Shown: positions 1-13,474 of the stretch, piece by piece
Numbering within the stretch: the first letter of the stretch is position 1
Layout: each line of letters begins with the position of its first letter
Source of the DNA: Oculina patagonica
Lineage: Eukaryota
Direction: 5' to 3'
NCBI RefSeq assembly: GCF_052425735.1
Contig: NC_135767.1
Span: forward strand, 22,196,001-22,259,347
Length of the DNA: 63,347 bases
Notes under the pieces: model-generated
Database searches by the model: none
What the model was told of the DNA's origin: nothing
Seen by the model: only the letters and a program-made list of their open reading frames with translations
Translations under genes and position numbers: made by a program

Positions 1-722
1 AAAGATACAGGTAATGTGTGCAAACTCAACTCATTAGAGATTAAACCAAACCGGTGAAACGTGCTTTTCGCGCGCGCTGATTGGCTTCTCAATTCTGCTA
101 CTTCTACATCCAAACAAAACAAATGGATTTGTGTAACGATTGGACGGAAAACTTTAGGTTTCTATCGGCAGATAGTTGGTCGACAGAAACTGAGAGCGAG
201 CGGTCAAATTGTTTTAGCATAACCCAGTTGCAGATCTATAAAACACAGAATGTCGCAAACTTTTTGGAAGGTTTTAATTGATTAGATTCAGCGAAAAAAA
301 GGCGCGTGCTCCAAGAGCCGTCTATCTAACAATTAGACGGCAAGCTCGAGATTTCAATCGGCTGATAGTTAACGAAGGGCGAAGCTTCGAGCCAATCACA
401 TTGCGCGCTTTGCCAATAGACGGCCGCTAGGTTATGCTGATGATTAATAGATGGCACCTACGTAGACATTGCGTATTTTGCCAAAAGTCAGCAACTGAGT
501 TATGCTAATTTCCTTTAGACCGCAAAACATTTTACTGGCTTGCTATAAACAGCAACACATAGGATTTTACTGTTTTTCATTTCCATCTCGATGAATAATC
601 GCCAGGTAAAGTACCGCCCTACTTATCAACGCAACATTTTTTTTTCTCCCACTCCAAAACTTTGATTTGTAAAGTCCAATTATACAAATACAAATAACAA
701 AAAGCAACTAAAAATGACTTAC

Positions 723-3512
723 CTCTCACTGTATACACTAAGAAATTAATAGCAAGTTCTATTCCGACGTGCTTGTAGATATCAAACAAAATGGATGATT
801 TGGTAGAGTTAAAGACAGGGCGATCCTCCCACGATAAAGATTTCATCTTCCATGGCGAGCAACCTGACGCATTTGTACCATCATACACGTGAAAGTAATA
901 CAAGTTACCATACCAAGGTGTATAATATAGAGCCTGAATGACTAATTTATAACCTGGCTCTGTTTCCATCGCATGCTGACACCTGAGCTGCAAGGTCCTT
1001 TCTAGTGCCTCCAAAGTGAAGTAATACAGCTTGTTCGCCAATAGAAAGGTTTTGTTTTTTGAGCAGGCGTGTAGAGTTTTGTTCACATCTGGGCTGGCCA
1101 TTTCGGCCGTGTAAATGTTTATTCCATCCCAAGTACTTTCATAAAAAAAACCGTAGATATCGCTACTTGTCACATTTACGTCTGTTAGTGTAAGAGAAGG
1201 AGACCGCGAAAGAACACCGAAATATTTTGTGTTGGACACAGTAGAATGCGGCATCAAGGACTGGTCGTAAAATAAACTCTGATATACTACTTGCACACCA
1301 ATACCGACTGAATTGTTTACAAAAATGTTACTTATATTATGGTGGTTGAAATCAACTTTGAGAGCTGCACCAGGAATATAGTTATCCCTGCAATATATAT
1401 GACCATACTGATAATCACAGATTTGCAAGTTATATGCATACCCAGCATCGTGGATTTCCAGGTGGTGCAACGAGCTTTTATGGTTTGACATTGTCAGATG
1501 AAGCCCCGCCCAGTTGAACTGCTGACAGTAGACATGTACAGTATTTCCCCAGCAAGTAGGTCCATAACTCCAGGCATTAGCACTGCAGTTCATTATATCT
1601 CCGTCATCGTTCCCATCACAGACAACGTTACGCACAAAACCATTTTCCTCTCTAGGATGGGGAAGGACTGTGTAGTTTTTATAGAATAGATCGAGTTGTT
1701 GACAAATTACTTTCGCTTCTCTGGTGAACGATTCCTTGTAAGGTAAACAGAGGGGCCACCAAGTATTATTGACCAGAAACTCAACTCTTCCTGCCCACGG
1801 TCCATCCCCTCCACCCAGACGGAATCCTTTTTGACGTTGCATTTTCGTAAATCTCACTTTTTCATTTTCAGTTCCATCGACAATAAGTTTACCTTGTACA
1901 ACCATGGCTGACCTGGAAGGAAACTCTAACGTGACATTTTTCGGAATGACCAACGACCCATTGGTCAGGATAATGATGTCATCTCGAACTTTGTAAGGCG
2001 AGTCGGCGCTTGACAAGGACAGCGGTCTATCTACGATTCCACCAATACTTGCACCTCTCAGAAAGCAGGATGGTCTTGGTATGCTGGCATTATTGGCACG
2101 TGTCTTGTTCGAGGAAAGAAGGTATGGGAAGAAATCCACTGGAGACAAGTGAACCCTGTGGTGGAAGTCAAATATTCTGTCCACGATTTCACATTCCTTT
2201 GTTGTTCCCCACCAGTTGAATTTAGCGTCAATAGCTCGTCCAGAATTTTGACGCAAGGTAGAGATCTGGAATTGAAAACTAGGGTTTTTAAAAATGTTTT
2301 CGTGCAAGGTAAAACTGCCTTCCTTAAGAACGATAACTGCACGAGTTGTCGAGGCACGGAAAAAGTTCGGAAAAAGGTCTTTTGTAACAACTTCGTTGTC
2401 TTCAAAAGTATTGTTTCTCACGACAACAGAACTTTTTTCAGGGAAAAAGCTGAAGTCGATAAATAAAACGTTTTCAGCGCGGTTCTTCATGAATGTGTTT
2501 TTATCTATTGACACGTCAACGGAGCTTCTTTTGTCGATTGTGCCACATTTGTTGTCATCCACCATAGTAAGTACTTGATCTGTATTGTTTGTAAAATTAT
2601 TTGATTCAATAACCGCTTTTAACCCGAAAGCACGTGTACAGTTAATGTAGAATGCATTGCCTTTGTTCAGTTCGAAATGATTGTTCGTAACGATAGCTTT
2701 TAGTCCTCTCGGTTTCGGCCACCAAAAGTGGTCTGGAGACAAAAAGATGGCCCCTCTTCTGTTGCGCATAAATTGGTTTTTGCTAATGACCAGAGTAATG
2801 TTAACTGCCAAATTGCTGTAATAAGAATGAGCCTCGGGTGCTAGTCTGAATCCGTATTGAAAATTGTCGTTGATAGTGTTATTTATAAGACTAATTTGCT
2901 TAAAGTAGTACTTTAGTGAAGGGGATGACGATTGAGGATCGAATAAGCTAACACCGTGTCTCAAATTGGAAGTTGCTGTGCAGTTAAAGAATTGATGAGC
3001 TCCCTCTTGGTTTGATATGAAGCAACCGTCTTCCATGTTGCTTGAGAAATTACAATCTTTGAATCTGGACGCGACTTGGCCATCATAAATGCGAACCCCG
3101 CTGTTTGTGTTCAAAACTGCAGTGGTGTTTAGGAAATTAACTTCACCGGCACCGTTAGCAATTGCAAATCCGTTTTTATGGTTTCCAACAAACTCCGACT
3201 GTGACACGCGACCTTTACAATAAACACGCTGAAAATTCAACCCATTCTCTGCATTTCCTTTTGCGGACAGTTCGTGAAGATTACACGAATGGAGGCTGCT
3301 GTTTAAGATTTCAAGACCATTGGCGCTGTTGTTAATAAAGTGACTATTGGTAGCTGTTAGTGTTCCAAGGATACGTTCAGCAGTAATACCTTCGTTATTC
3401 CGAGCGACAGTAGTTTTGTCAATGATCATATTTCCTGTAAAGTTCTTTAAGGAGACACCCTTTTTATGGTTGTCACGAAATGTGCAGTTGGATATTACGA
3501 GAGAGGCAGCAT
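723..3512 (-). CDS. Gene A exon 5 (beta-helix + SRCR + CUB-like)
   Basis: Lies within ORF 619..3561; acceptor ttttcag|ATGCTGCC, donor GTGAGAG|gtaagt; 2790 bp, phase 1-1. Confidence 0.9.
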
Positions 3513-6500
3513 CTGAAAAGAAGTAAAGAACCAAAATGGAAAAAACACGAATACTCGCCAAGATTCACTTCGCCTTCGTTGAACAAGTGTTAAATGTTTC
3601 TATAATAGACCTGCAATCATGCGCCTGAGGAAACGGTGTAACTAAGTTGTTCGCTATCTACCCCTGATTGTTTACATTGGCTTGATTGCTAATAACTGTT
3701 CGAGGGAGAAACTACTGAAGGCCAGACTTGAAGGAGCGGAAGAAATCAAGCCAAGTTTGTTACAGATAAGATAATAAATTAACAAAATTAAAACAAATGT
3801 CACGGCATTTTTCTCCCTACCTCGATCATCGTTGATTAAGAAATTCATTCTGGCTTTTGCACTGGAATGAAATCTTATGTAAAGTTCGTGACCTGAGCTT
3901 AAGGATGGCGGGACAACCAGCTGATTGTCACGCGTCCACTGGTTCACGAATACGCGTGTGAGTTTAGTGGCGTTTATGTTGTTACCATCGTGTACATCTA
4001 GCGTAGACTTTCCTCCAGTCATAGATTGATAATATAGAGTTAAGTGTCGTCCTGGACGAGTTCTGAAAATCTAAAAAGAAATGTTCAGAATTAAAAAAAA
4101 AATCAAACAATATGTCTCCGTTATGTGACGAAAGATTGTTTGTTTTGATTGTTTAGAGCTCCACAAAAGCGCACCCTCATTTCTTCCGAAAACTATTTTG
4201 CTGCATTCCTTTAGTTTTGGTTTCGGTTCCAGTTCTTCTTTCCTTACTTAAAGTCATTCCACTGAAATAAAACCAGCACTGAGATTTTTTTTTCAAATCA
4301 AGGGAATTAAATTTTGGAATAAAAATGGGGGGGGGGGGGGGGGGGGGGGAGCAACAGGACCTTGTTTATACCCAATAAATCCTTATAATATCACCATGGT
4401 TATAGTCACAATTACTTGCTTTATTCACGTTTCCAAGAATTATTTCTTATTCTACGCTGAGAATTGGTCCATATTTATTCTATAGATAGAAATTTACTAT
4501 TCAATTCAAAACAACAGAAAAAAAAGAATAGGTCACCGCACTCGTGTTCAAGAGAATGACGATTTACCTCTCTGGTTAGGTCCAGCCGTAATAAGAAAGC
4601 CTCCGTTCTTTTATGCGCGCGCCCAAAACACGCGTGAAATTGAGCGCAGTACTGGAAGCGCAATGCAATACTGGGGAAAGTTCAGACTCAACCTTGACAA
4701 ACCAATACTACGACTCTTTCTCAGTTGAGAAAACATTACAGTACCTAATAAATGCCCAATCAGGTGAACAAATAATTATGATAATTTTCTTTATGTTTTA
4801 AGTTACCATAGCAACGATGTAACTTGTTAAAAACACCCTAAATTTTAGCTTTAGTGCCTAAATCAAGTCCGGTGACCCCCATTTTGTATTATCGAGTTGA
4901 CTTTTAACTTAAAGACTAGTTGCAAACGTAACTAATGTATCTCATAGATTTTAGTGACTTATTTTCAGCATAATTATCATTTTTGTAGATTTTAATCCTG
5001 GGTGTATAACAATTAGTTTCAGTGTGGGTGGGTTAAAGCATTTTTACATTTTAATATATTTATTCATAAGATACTGTAATCTAGCTTTTTTAAATTTTTA
5101 TTATTTCTTTTATTTTTTACTTATAGTGTATATGACATGAAAAATATTTTCTGCTTATTTGAAAGGCCTTTCGAAAATGTCACTCCACTGAATTTTGAAA
5201 GGCGTTTCAAATAAGCAGGAAATATTTTTCATGTCATATACACTTTATATTAGTTCCCAATGTTTTTATAATGTATTTTAATTATTTATGCGCTTTATAT
5301 CCGAGAGAGGACAACCTCATCCCGCGCCATGACATTAATGAATTGATTGATTGATTGATTGATTGATCGATTGATCTCGGCAAACTTAAAAAAAAAACTG
5401 CATATGAGGTTCAGAGCCAGCTTATATTTACAAAAACAAAATAAGGTGGCTCTGAATCCCACTTCCACTATTTCCTCTACTTAGTCATATAAATTTAATG
5501 CTACCAACACAGCGTATAACCAGAAAAAATATTCAAGGGAGAGGGGGACGGGGAGAGGGGAAGATTGTCTAGGTTGGTCTAGCCCCCATTGAGGGGCTAA
5601 GGCAATGCTAAGGTCCCTTGTTGCCTCACCGAAGTGATGAGTCACCGAGCTCTTACATGGTATGAAAACAGACTTCACCTTAGTAGCCAAAAAAAGTCTT
5701 TACTTACCTTGGCACAATCGACTGTCTTTCTAAATCTGCCCAATGCTTGGAAGGTGACTGGAAATGAGGTGATGTTATTCACATCGGCAGAACAAAAATC
5801 AAGTTGTACAGGAACGTCTTCGCTGTAACTTAATCCGTGCCCTTTCACTGTATTACTCACTACAGTGTTCTCAATCGTAATTCCATTTGATATCCCTTTA
5901 ATTTGGATTCCTGCAAACACGTTGTCGCTGAAACTGCTATCCCTAATGGCCAGCGGAGAACTTCCTTTGGTGGACAACACTCCATATACAGACCTTTTAA
6001 CTGTCACGTGTTCGAGGTTTGGAAGGAACGCGCCGCCCTTTATCGCTTTGTAGGCCTGGGTCACATCCACATATTGAAGAGACGACGTCTTCTCAAAACT
6101 GGAAAACTCAATACCTTTCCAGTTTGCTAGGCTGTAGCATTCTATTCCAACATCCTGGTTATGAGCTGACAATGGAAAGATAATCTTATTCAACTTTTTT
6201 TGTTAAAAAAAAGATTCCAGTTCGTTCTTTGTCAAGAGTAGCTTAAACGTTGAGCAGTGTATATTTTCTGAAAGGATAGCTTAACTTTTTGATTAAAGCG
6301 TGTGTGTAACGGTTGCCATACTGCGATTACCAAGAGTTCAAGGCATGACAATCAGATTCGCTGATTGGAAAAAAAAAAAGATTCGTTATACCCTTTCAAG
6401 GTTGGTTATTAAAGAGGACAGAGTCACATGGACGATTCCAGAAGGGCCTTAATAACATGAATTCAATTGTATTTCTCAATTATATTGGATTACGTAATTC

Positions 6501-7338
6501 GTCCACTTGTGACTTACCGCAGTAAGACCCATATCTTCTATGTTTGCACTCCAGCAAGCTACTCTCTGTCCCCTGGCAGTTGCCATTGTCCAGCCAAATT
6601 GGTCCGGTTCCCCCGCCGTGTGTGTAGTACCTTTTGGCTCCCAGAAAACCGAGCTGTCTGCAAGCAACCTGTGATCGACAAAAACTATATTACTATGTTA
6701 CTATACAAACAAAAGCAACAGCATCCAGACTGTACTACGGGACACAGAAAATAAATAAATGGAACATAGTAAAACGCGGAACTACCGATTTTCAGTGATG
6801 AACGTAAACTATGCATGGCCAGGAGCTTGTTATGACTAAGTCAGCTCGCCTTTATATGAATATTTAGAGAAGAAATTGCATTCTGATCATCCAGTTGATT
6901 TACCTCGGCATCTGTCATATCCCAGTTCTCATCGCACACGGTTCCCCATTCTCCTCTTATGAAAATCTCCAGCCGGCCATCGCTGTAACTGTTCCCGTTG
7001 CGCAAGCGGATGCCATCATTATAAATATTTGTGACGTTCAAATTGTCCACATCTCTAGTGAAGACGATTCTTTCGCGAGAGTTTCCTTTCGCTTGCAGGG
7101 AACCTTTAACTTTAAAGGCAACTCCAAGTGTGAAATGTAATTGAACTCCAGGCTGTATAGTTAGCGTGGCGTTTTCAGCTACAACAAGGTCTTGAGATAC
7201 GACGTACGGGGATTCATTCAGCGTTAGGTTGGTATCTACAACGATATCACCTCCGATTCTTGTGCTTGCGACCCGATCTTGTATAATAAGTAACAACAAG
7301 GATATAATTCTCCTCATCAATGACGAATAACTCGCCAT
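723..7338 (-). CDS. Gene A: protein bark beetle/Anakonda-like, 5' part (5 coding exons; gene continues beyond the left edge)
   Basis: Exons 7338-6904, 6668-6518, 6165-5708, 4070-3821, 3512-723, all GT-AG and phase-consistent. Signal peptide [38 protein letters not shown] motif, SRCR ([36 protein letters not shown]), PbH1 Asn ladders, second SRCR and CUB-like segments. Exon-for-exon paralog of gene B. Confidence 0.9.
3821..4070 (-). CDS. Gene A exon 4 (CUB-like)
   Basis: [40 protein letters not shown]; tttttag| and |gtaggg boundaries. Confidence 0.85.
5122..5246. repeat. Short foldback/MITE-like palindrome
   Basis: agtgtatatgacatgaaaaatattt..tttgaaagg is mirrored by tttcaaataagcaggaaatatttttcatgtcatatacact. 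Confidence 0.6.
5708..6165 (-). CDS. Gene A exon 3 (SRCR end + beta-helix)
   Basis: [20 protein letters not shown]...; ttgtcag| and |gtaagt boundaries. Confidence 0.85.
6518..6668 (-). CDS. Gene A exon 2 (SRCR core)
   Basis: [29 protein letters not shown]; 151 bp, same length as gene B exon 2. Confidence 0.85.
6904..7338 (-). CDS. Gene A exon 1 (signal peptide, SRCR start)
   Basis: ATG at 7338, donor GCCGAG|gtaaat. An acceptor tag|G at 7361 implies a non-coding first exon upstream. Confidence 0.85.
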
Positions 7339-8084
7339 CTCATTGGAATAACGTTTTTGCCCTAGAAATAATATACAGAATAGTTTAAAGGGAAACCTAA
7401 ACACGCCGGGCCACTTTGGATAAGCCATAAAGTTTCTAGATCATCAATTTTGATGCTGTTTCACCATGCACTAAATTTAACTGTTTAGATTACATAGTCC
7501 CTGTAAAATCCTAGTTTTAGTCATACAATTTCTAGGTTACTCTTATCCAACTACCACATACATCTTCACTATCGTATCGTAAAACAAACTTATAAGCTTG
7601 CAATAGCTGTTTTATCTTTTCTTATTGCTATTAAAAAGATCCAGACTGTTTGTTAATTAGACTCTACAACTTTCAGATAAGAAAATTATTAAGATACACT
7701 ATCTACATATGGTTCCAAATTGTTTTTGTGCGGCAGAATATTGGCCGATATTCTTATATCCTCAGCCCCTAATTTGTTAGCGCTGAGTTATAGCTGCAGA
7801 ACGTACATTGCATCGAAAAGTACTTAAAACGACCATTAAAAGACACCGCACGGCAGAAACAACACACTGTAAAATCCTCTAAATGTGCTTTACATCTTCA
7901 ATGATTATTAGAACGATCATTGATCAAGGCAATGATGTTGTTTAACTATTACTAGGAGTCAAGCAGCAAGCACATCTCAGCGGAGTACCAATGTAGTGTC
8001 TGGTTATCAGGTTTTTTGTTTTTCTATTATAACCCACCCATTAATTTTTGCGCGCGCTCATTGGACGACGGACGACGGGTATTT

Positions 8085-9060
8085 AACAATTATTCCATGA
8101 GCCCGCGTTGGATACGAGGTGGTAAATAGCCAACGAGGCGCGAAGCGCCGAGTTGGCTATAACGACTCGTATCCAACAAGGGCGAATGGAATAATTGTTT
8201 TATTAAATTCTTCTCAAGTTTAAATCAACTGGACATTTCATTTTGATGTAAACGAAGTGATAGTACGAGGAGGCGCGAAAATTTCTGGCGCTGTGTACAC
8301 TTCTTGAGTTAAATGAAACATACGAGGAAAGCGAGCGAGAGAGTTTTCTTCCCGAGATTTTCCTCGAACAATCTCCTCTTAAGTCGTCTAAATATCCTGG
8401 AAATTGTGACAACAGTTAAGATTTACGAGAAGATCCGAAGCAAAAGCTTTTCTGGAAACTACAAGTCTTGTGCAAGTCGAACGAAGCAAGTGTTTACATT
8501 GTACTTCTTTACGGCTCCACGGCTGTCATCAAGACTGCTATATTATTTGAAGCGAATTTGAGCTCAAAGTGGAACAGGTTTATTGAAGTATAAAAGGACA
8601 AAACCAAGATTGAAAGGTAACAAACTTTACTGAAGTGCTGAGCCTAGTTTTATGACGTACACTGAATGAAACTGTGTCAGTTTGCCGTTCTTTCGTAAAT
8701 TATTTGCTGCTTTTCTACTTTATTCACTCGCTTTTGTTGTTGTGTGTTTACAAGTATTATTAATTTAACTTTACGCATCAATCCTTTTGTTTTGCGTAGT
8801 TAATTTTACTATGGCATTTCTGTGGTTTTTGTAGGCACCGCTGATTATTTCTTGTTCATAAAGCTCGCCAAATTTGCTGTTTTCAACCATTTTTCTGACG
8901 AAACTGTCGCTTCCCGCAGAAAAATTTTACGCTGAGCCGCACTTGCCGCACTCATTTCCCATATAAGGTCAAACATAGGTATACGAGCTGATAACCGGGA
9001 TTCAGTGAACCAATCAGAAAGCTAGAAATGCAATATCCGAGGTTGAGAATTTAATAACAG
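8085..9060. repeat. Dispersed repeat with internal GCGAAGC-looped hairpin and CCAATCAG end (possibly Crypton-type non-autonomous)
   Basis: aacaattattc..tagccaac..gcgcgaagcgc..gttggcta..gaataattgtt hairpin; similar layout at about 325-410 and 22470-23660. The family assignment is inference. Confidence 0.45.
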
Positions 9061-9324
9061 CGAATATACCTCGTCTGATTTGATATCCGTCGCCCGATTT
9101 TGTTGGCAAGCACAAAACAAACGAATGAAGTCACCTTATTCAATTCTAACCTTTAATGAAATCACAGAGTTAAAAAATCACGTAAACCAATCAACTTACA
9201 TTTCTTTCAACCAGAGTTACGCCGGGTTTAGTTAGTAGGTGTTTTCCTATAAATTTACTGGCGATTAATGCCGTTGTAGAATTTTTGTGGGGGCAAAGCC
9301 GCCACATTGTTATCGACTGCGGGA

Positions 9325-9325
9325 T

Positions 9326-9364
<39 letters not shown>

Positions 9365-9367
9365 TTT
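9325..9367. repeat. (ATTT)n microsatellite
   Basis: About 10 units. Confidence 0.9.
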
Positions 9368-9805
9368 GTGTGTGGGTTTGCTTGTGTCACGTGGTCTTCT
9401 GCGAGAGAGCCTGGGGATGAGTCGGCGGTGCGTGTCGAGTAGGCCATATTGGATTTTGGCGTGTCGTACGTTTCGTGTGGTTTCTTTGATTTCACTGAGC
9501 TGTTCTTGAAGTTGCTCGTCATTACAGCAGCTCACGAAGTCATACTAGCCAACATTACGTTTGGCTGGAAGTCTGTGCAGGTTGCACATCAATTCAAGAG
9601 AAGCTTTTACGCTTACGCAAGCCAATATTGAAAGCCGCAGAAACAGCACAATTTAATACATTTGTACTTGAATCAGTCTATATGGCTATATGTTCTGATA
9701 TATGTAAATTATTCTGCAATGCATACCTACGGAGCGATATAATAAACAAACCATTTTAGTGCTACTTGTTAAAAAAGAAAAAAAAAAGGAAAAAAGAAAA
9801 AAATT

Positions 9806-9880
9806 GTCCCCTCTGGGATTCGAACTCGGGCCTCTGGCGACCTCTCGTTCCCCAGTCAGATGCCTACCCAACTAGGCTAC
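9806..9880 (-). ncRNA. tRNA-like Pol III unit (pseudo-tRNA/SINE head)
   Basis: A box TAGCCTAGTTGG, B box GTTCGAATCC, followed by oligo-T; acceptor and anticodon stems do not pair properly. Confidence 0.55.
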
Positions 9881-12112
9881 TCTTACATTCTTAATGACGT
9901 TAGGGCGAAAATATTGTATATCAATGTAATAGACATTCCGCTGTTTATCTGTTATCATGTGCATCAAAGAAATGTTTGAATCACCTGCTGCTCATAAATT
10001 TTCAAGGAATGAATTTGCAAAAAATCACAAAGATTATTTGCCGCAATAAATAGCAGCCTTAAGGTAATTGAATGTACTAAATAAATTCACAAAAAAAAAG
10101 AATCAAATTTGAAATTATCAAGCCCCCACACGTACGCATCGCGGACCGATTTTTTTGGAGGGTTATGAAATGAATAAACCCCTTTCTGGCTTGCTGGTAT
10201 ATTGAAGAATAATGCCCTTGGCTAAAGATTGTCCTCAAGATTTCACAGTTGGAATCGAAGCTTCGCTTTTCGGCCAACTGTTCATTTTTCGACAATCTTT
10301 CAGTCTCGAGCATTATCCTCCAATATACCAGCCGCCTGAGGGGGTTTATTTACTTAATATGCTATGGATATAAGCTACTTTCGAAAGCGCGGTATATTGG
10401 AACCGAATGTTAACCTTTGTGGTGCTAAACCCGACTTTTTTTCCGGGATTTTGGAGGAGCGGTCATTGAACCACTTGTGACGTCATCAATTTATACGTCA
10501 GAAGATTCTTGTGGTAAGAAACTAATACAGACAGGATAGATCTTTGCACACGACTGTCTATTTTGAATATAGATTTGCATTTTGACAGAGCTAATCTAAA
10601 ATAAAAATGATCTGTGTTTGGTGCAAAATAGGAGGTTTTCACTGTCACTCCACTGTCATGCCGCGAAGAAATAAATCGAAATCATCGAGTAAAAAAAATC
10701 AAGAATATATGAAGAAGTAAACATTCAAATGAACACTTCTCACAAAACCTCAACTTTCAAGATTCTTAAAAATCGCAGGATGATGCATTTTTAAAAGAAA
10801 ACGTGCGGCGAATGCTATCAAGCTAAAAACCTTCAAGAGAGATAAATTTTAAGGACGTCTAATAGTCAGGGAAGCTTAGGATAAAAAATCAGGTGTCTTG
10901 CGATTCTACGTTTTAGAATTTTGATGACGTCTTGTGAAAACCAAGAATTGGTAGCAAAACAGGCATATACACCAAGCTTGCATTTGCTGCAGTGTGAGAA
11001 AGTTGCTTTTCTAGCAAAGCTAAGAGAAAGTAGCATCTAACCACGAAAAAAATAATAATATGATATTCCCCCCAATGTTTCCAATCGCTTCGATCGCCTA
11101 CGATCGTCTCAGTATTTGCAAACGATCGATGCAATAGAAACGATCGGGGCGATTATATATGAACCAACATTAAGGAGGTCGCAAAAATGGTCTGTGTTAC
11201 GAAAATGTTACAACCGCGTATAGCCAAACAAATTCCAAATCGTAACCCTGCAAAATGTGCGTTCTTTGGAACGTTAACTGGTTACCTTTAACGAGTAACT
11301 TACGACAAGTAAGTGAAAGTCAGTTCGAGTCATCAGATTAATTTGGAAATGAATCTTGGCTCTTATTATCTAACACGGGTTTAAGCGTTTAGCAATCGAA
11401 CTGAACTAATGAACTCATTATCGCGTTCCACTTACCTTCCAAATGAGCCTCTGGTATTCCTTAAGTCAACAAGTCTGTTTCGGGAAAGAAACTATCCATC
11501 GTAGCATGCAATCGTCAAAGAACCTTCACTGGCTAGCTATAGCTTAATAACGGAACTACATGTCAATAACTGTTTAATGCATGTCTCTTTGTTTGATGAA
11601 GGAGTTTATGATTAGCATGCGTGTCACGTCCGAACCACACGCGACCGGAGATATTATTGAAAAGCTGCGGATGATTATGTCCACGACAGAGAACCCTAGG
11701 GAAATGAAAAATAACCTCTTGCCATCGAAAAACCTTAGTTTAGGATGGGCAAACATTTGTCAAATATTTTGGTTTACAAACGGCTTTTAGAAATGCACAC
11801 GACTAATTTAGGATGGTCTCGCATGACCTGATTCCGGAATAAGATTAAAAGTTAAATTTTCTACGCGGAAAACGAAAACAAAATTAAGCAAAAAAATATC
11901 GCTGAAGAATAAATAAAAGAACTATAATGAAATGAAAAAGAAAACAACTTAAGTAAAGGCCAAAATTATCACTCATTTATTATCTGCTGATGTCCGATCT
12001 CGTCCCGTAATGCTGGAGTTCCACTGACGCGTAATTTTTTACGTGCGTGAAAAAAATTAGAGACAATGTATGAACGACTTGCGTAAACGTTTACGCAAGT
12101 CGTTCATACATT

Positions 12113-12482
12113 GGCTGCGGTCACATCTAGGCTACTAGGGACTTTAAGATACCTGGACGGCGAAGACTCCACTTGACTTCGCTATCAGTTTGCTATGCAA
12201 AGCACAGCAAATATATTCGCAACCGCGCGCATCCGGCGTCTAGCATCCGTTTAAAGTTTTACCTTATACTTCTCAATTTCCTACAATGGTTTGCCGCACG
12301 AAAATAAGAAATGAAAATGATAACAGCTTTGACGTCACAATAGGCTAATCACAACTAACTGTGGTTTACTGTGGTGTGACCGCAAAGTCGACCGAAAGCA
12401 CTAACTACAGTAGGTTTGACGTCACGTAAATTGAGACTAACTTAAGTTAAACTTTAGTTACGTCGTAGATGTGGCCGCAGCC
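12113..12482. mobile_element. PIF/Harbinger-like MITE nested in a palindromic MITE (about 12014-12548)
   Basis: TIR GGCTGCGG(T/C)CACATCTA, 3-bp TSD ATT; the host has TTCCACTGACG TIRs and a perfect palindrome at 12064-12113. Confidence 0.7.
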
Positions 12483-12586
12483 ATTGTCACTATTTTTTTA
12501 ACGCACGAAAACGCATGTAAAAAATACACGTCAGTGGAAATCCACCTTAACATTAGTTGTGAAGCGCATTCAGCTCTGTAAATGCG

Positions 12587-12763
12587 NNNNNNNNNNNNNN
12601 NNNNNNNNNNNNNNNNNNNNNNNNNNNNNNNNNNNNNNNNNNNNNNNNNNNNNNNNNNNNNNNNNNNNNNNNNNNNNNNNNNNNNNNNNNNNNNNNNNNN
12701 NNNNNNNNNNNNNNNNNNNNNNNNNNNNNNNNNNNNNNNNNNNNNNNNNNNNNNNNNNNNNNN
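12587..12763. other. Assembly gap (N run)
   Basis: 177 N. Confidence 1.
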
Positions 12764-13474
12764 CTGGACAACAGCAACATACGAACCCGGGTGTTTACTC
12801 TCCGAATTTTTTTACCCTTTTGAAACCCTAACGCAGACTGACAGTCGGTGGAAGAACCTAAGCTTGGTAACGAAACTACACGTCATAAACCGTCCAAAGC
12901 ACCCACGTGTATTTTTAGCCGGAATTCAAGAAAAAATGTCATCCCCGCAACGGAGAACCGGACATTGCTATTACTAAGAAATACGGGAAGTTATGTGGGA
13001 CTAACATGGGACTTCAACACGAAAACTTCTAGTGCCCTTTCGTGCTCGTTTTCTTTGAGTGAAAGACTTTGGACGAAAACTTGGATGGCAATTAAAATGG
13101 AGAAAAGCTTACTTACTGAAGCATTGCGTTCACAAAGCACATTTAATGATTTTGCTATTTCGGAAAACTTTACTAAGAATGCTCAAATGGACTGCTTATA
13201 CAAGAGGGCTTTCGATTGGCATTATTGCGGGATAACAATAAATGGACCAATCCAGAAACCGTCGGATATCAGCTCGATTGAGCTACTCTTCCATTTCAGG
13301 ACCACGAGAATTGTATTTCAGGCATTCTGCTCTAGGGAGGAAATATTTAACCTTGGAAAGTACAATGAAGAACGAGCTTTTTTCGATCTTTCCAGACCCG
13401 GCGGAGGGGGTTGGTGGTGGAGGGCGTATTCCGCCCCGCTACAACTTCCAGAATATTCAGGTAAGTTATAGTAC

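Noticed and set aside
2010-2578. Overlapping antisense/alternate-frame ORFs conserved between A and B (also 25723-26312)
   Set aside because: Shadows of the real exon; conservation is explained by the duplication.
12553-12977. ORFs spanning the first N run
   Set aside because: Artefacts of translating an assembly gap.
12848-13471. 207-aa ORF at the centre of the duplication
   Set aside because: No recognisable motif or splice context, and it runs through repeat/MITE sequence; probably a chance ORF.
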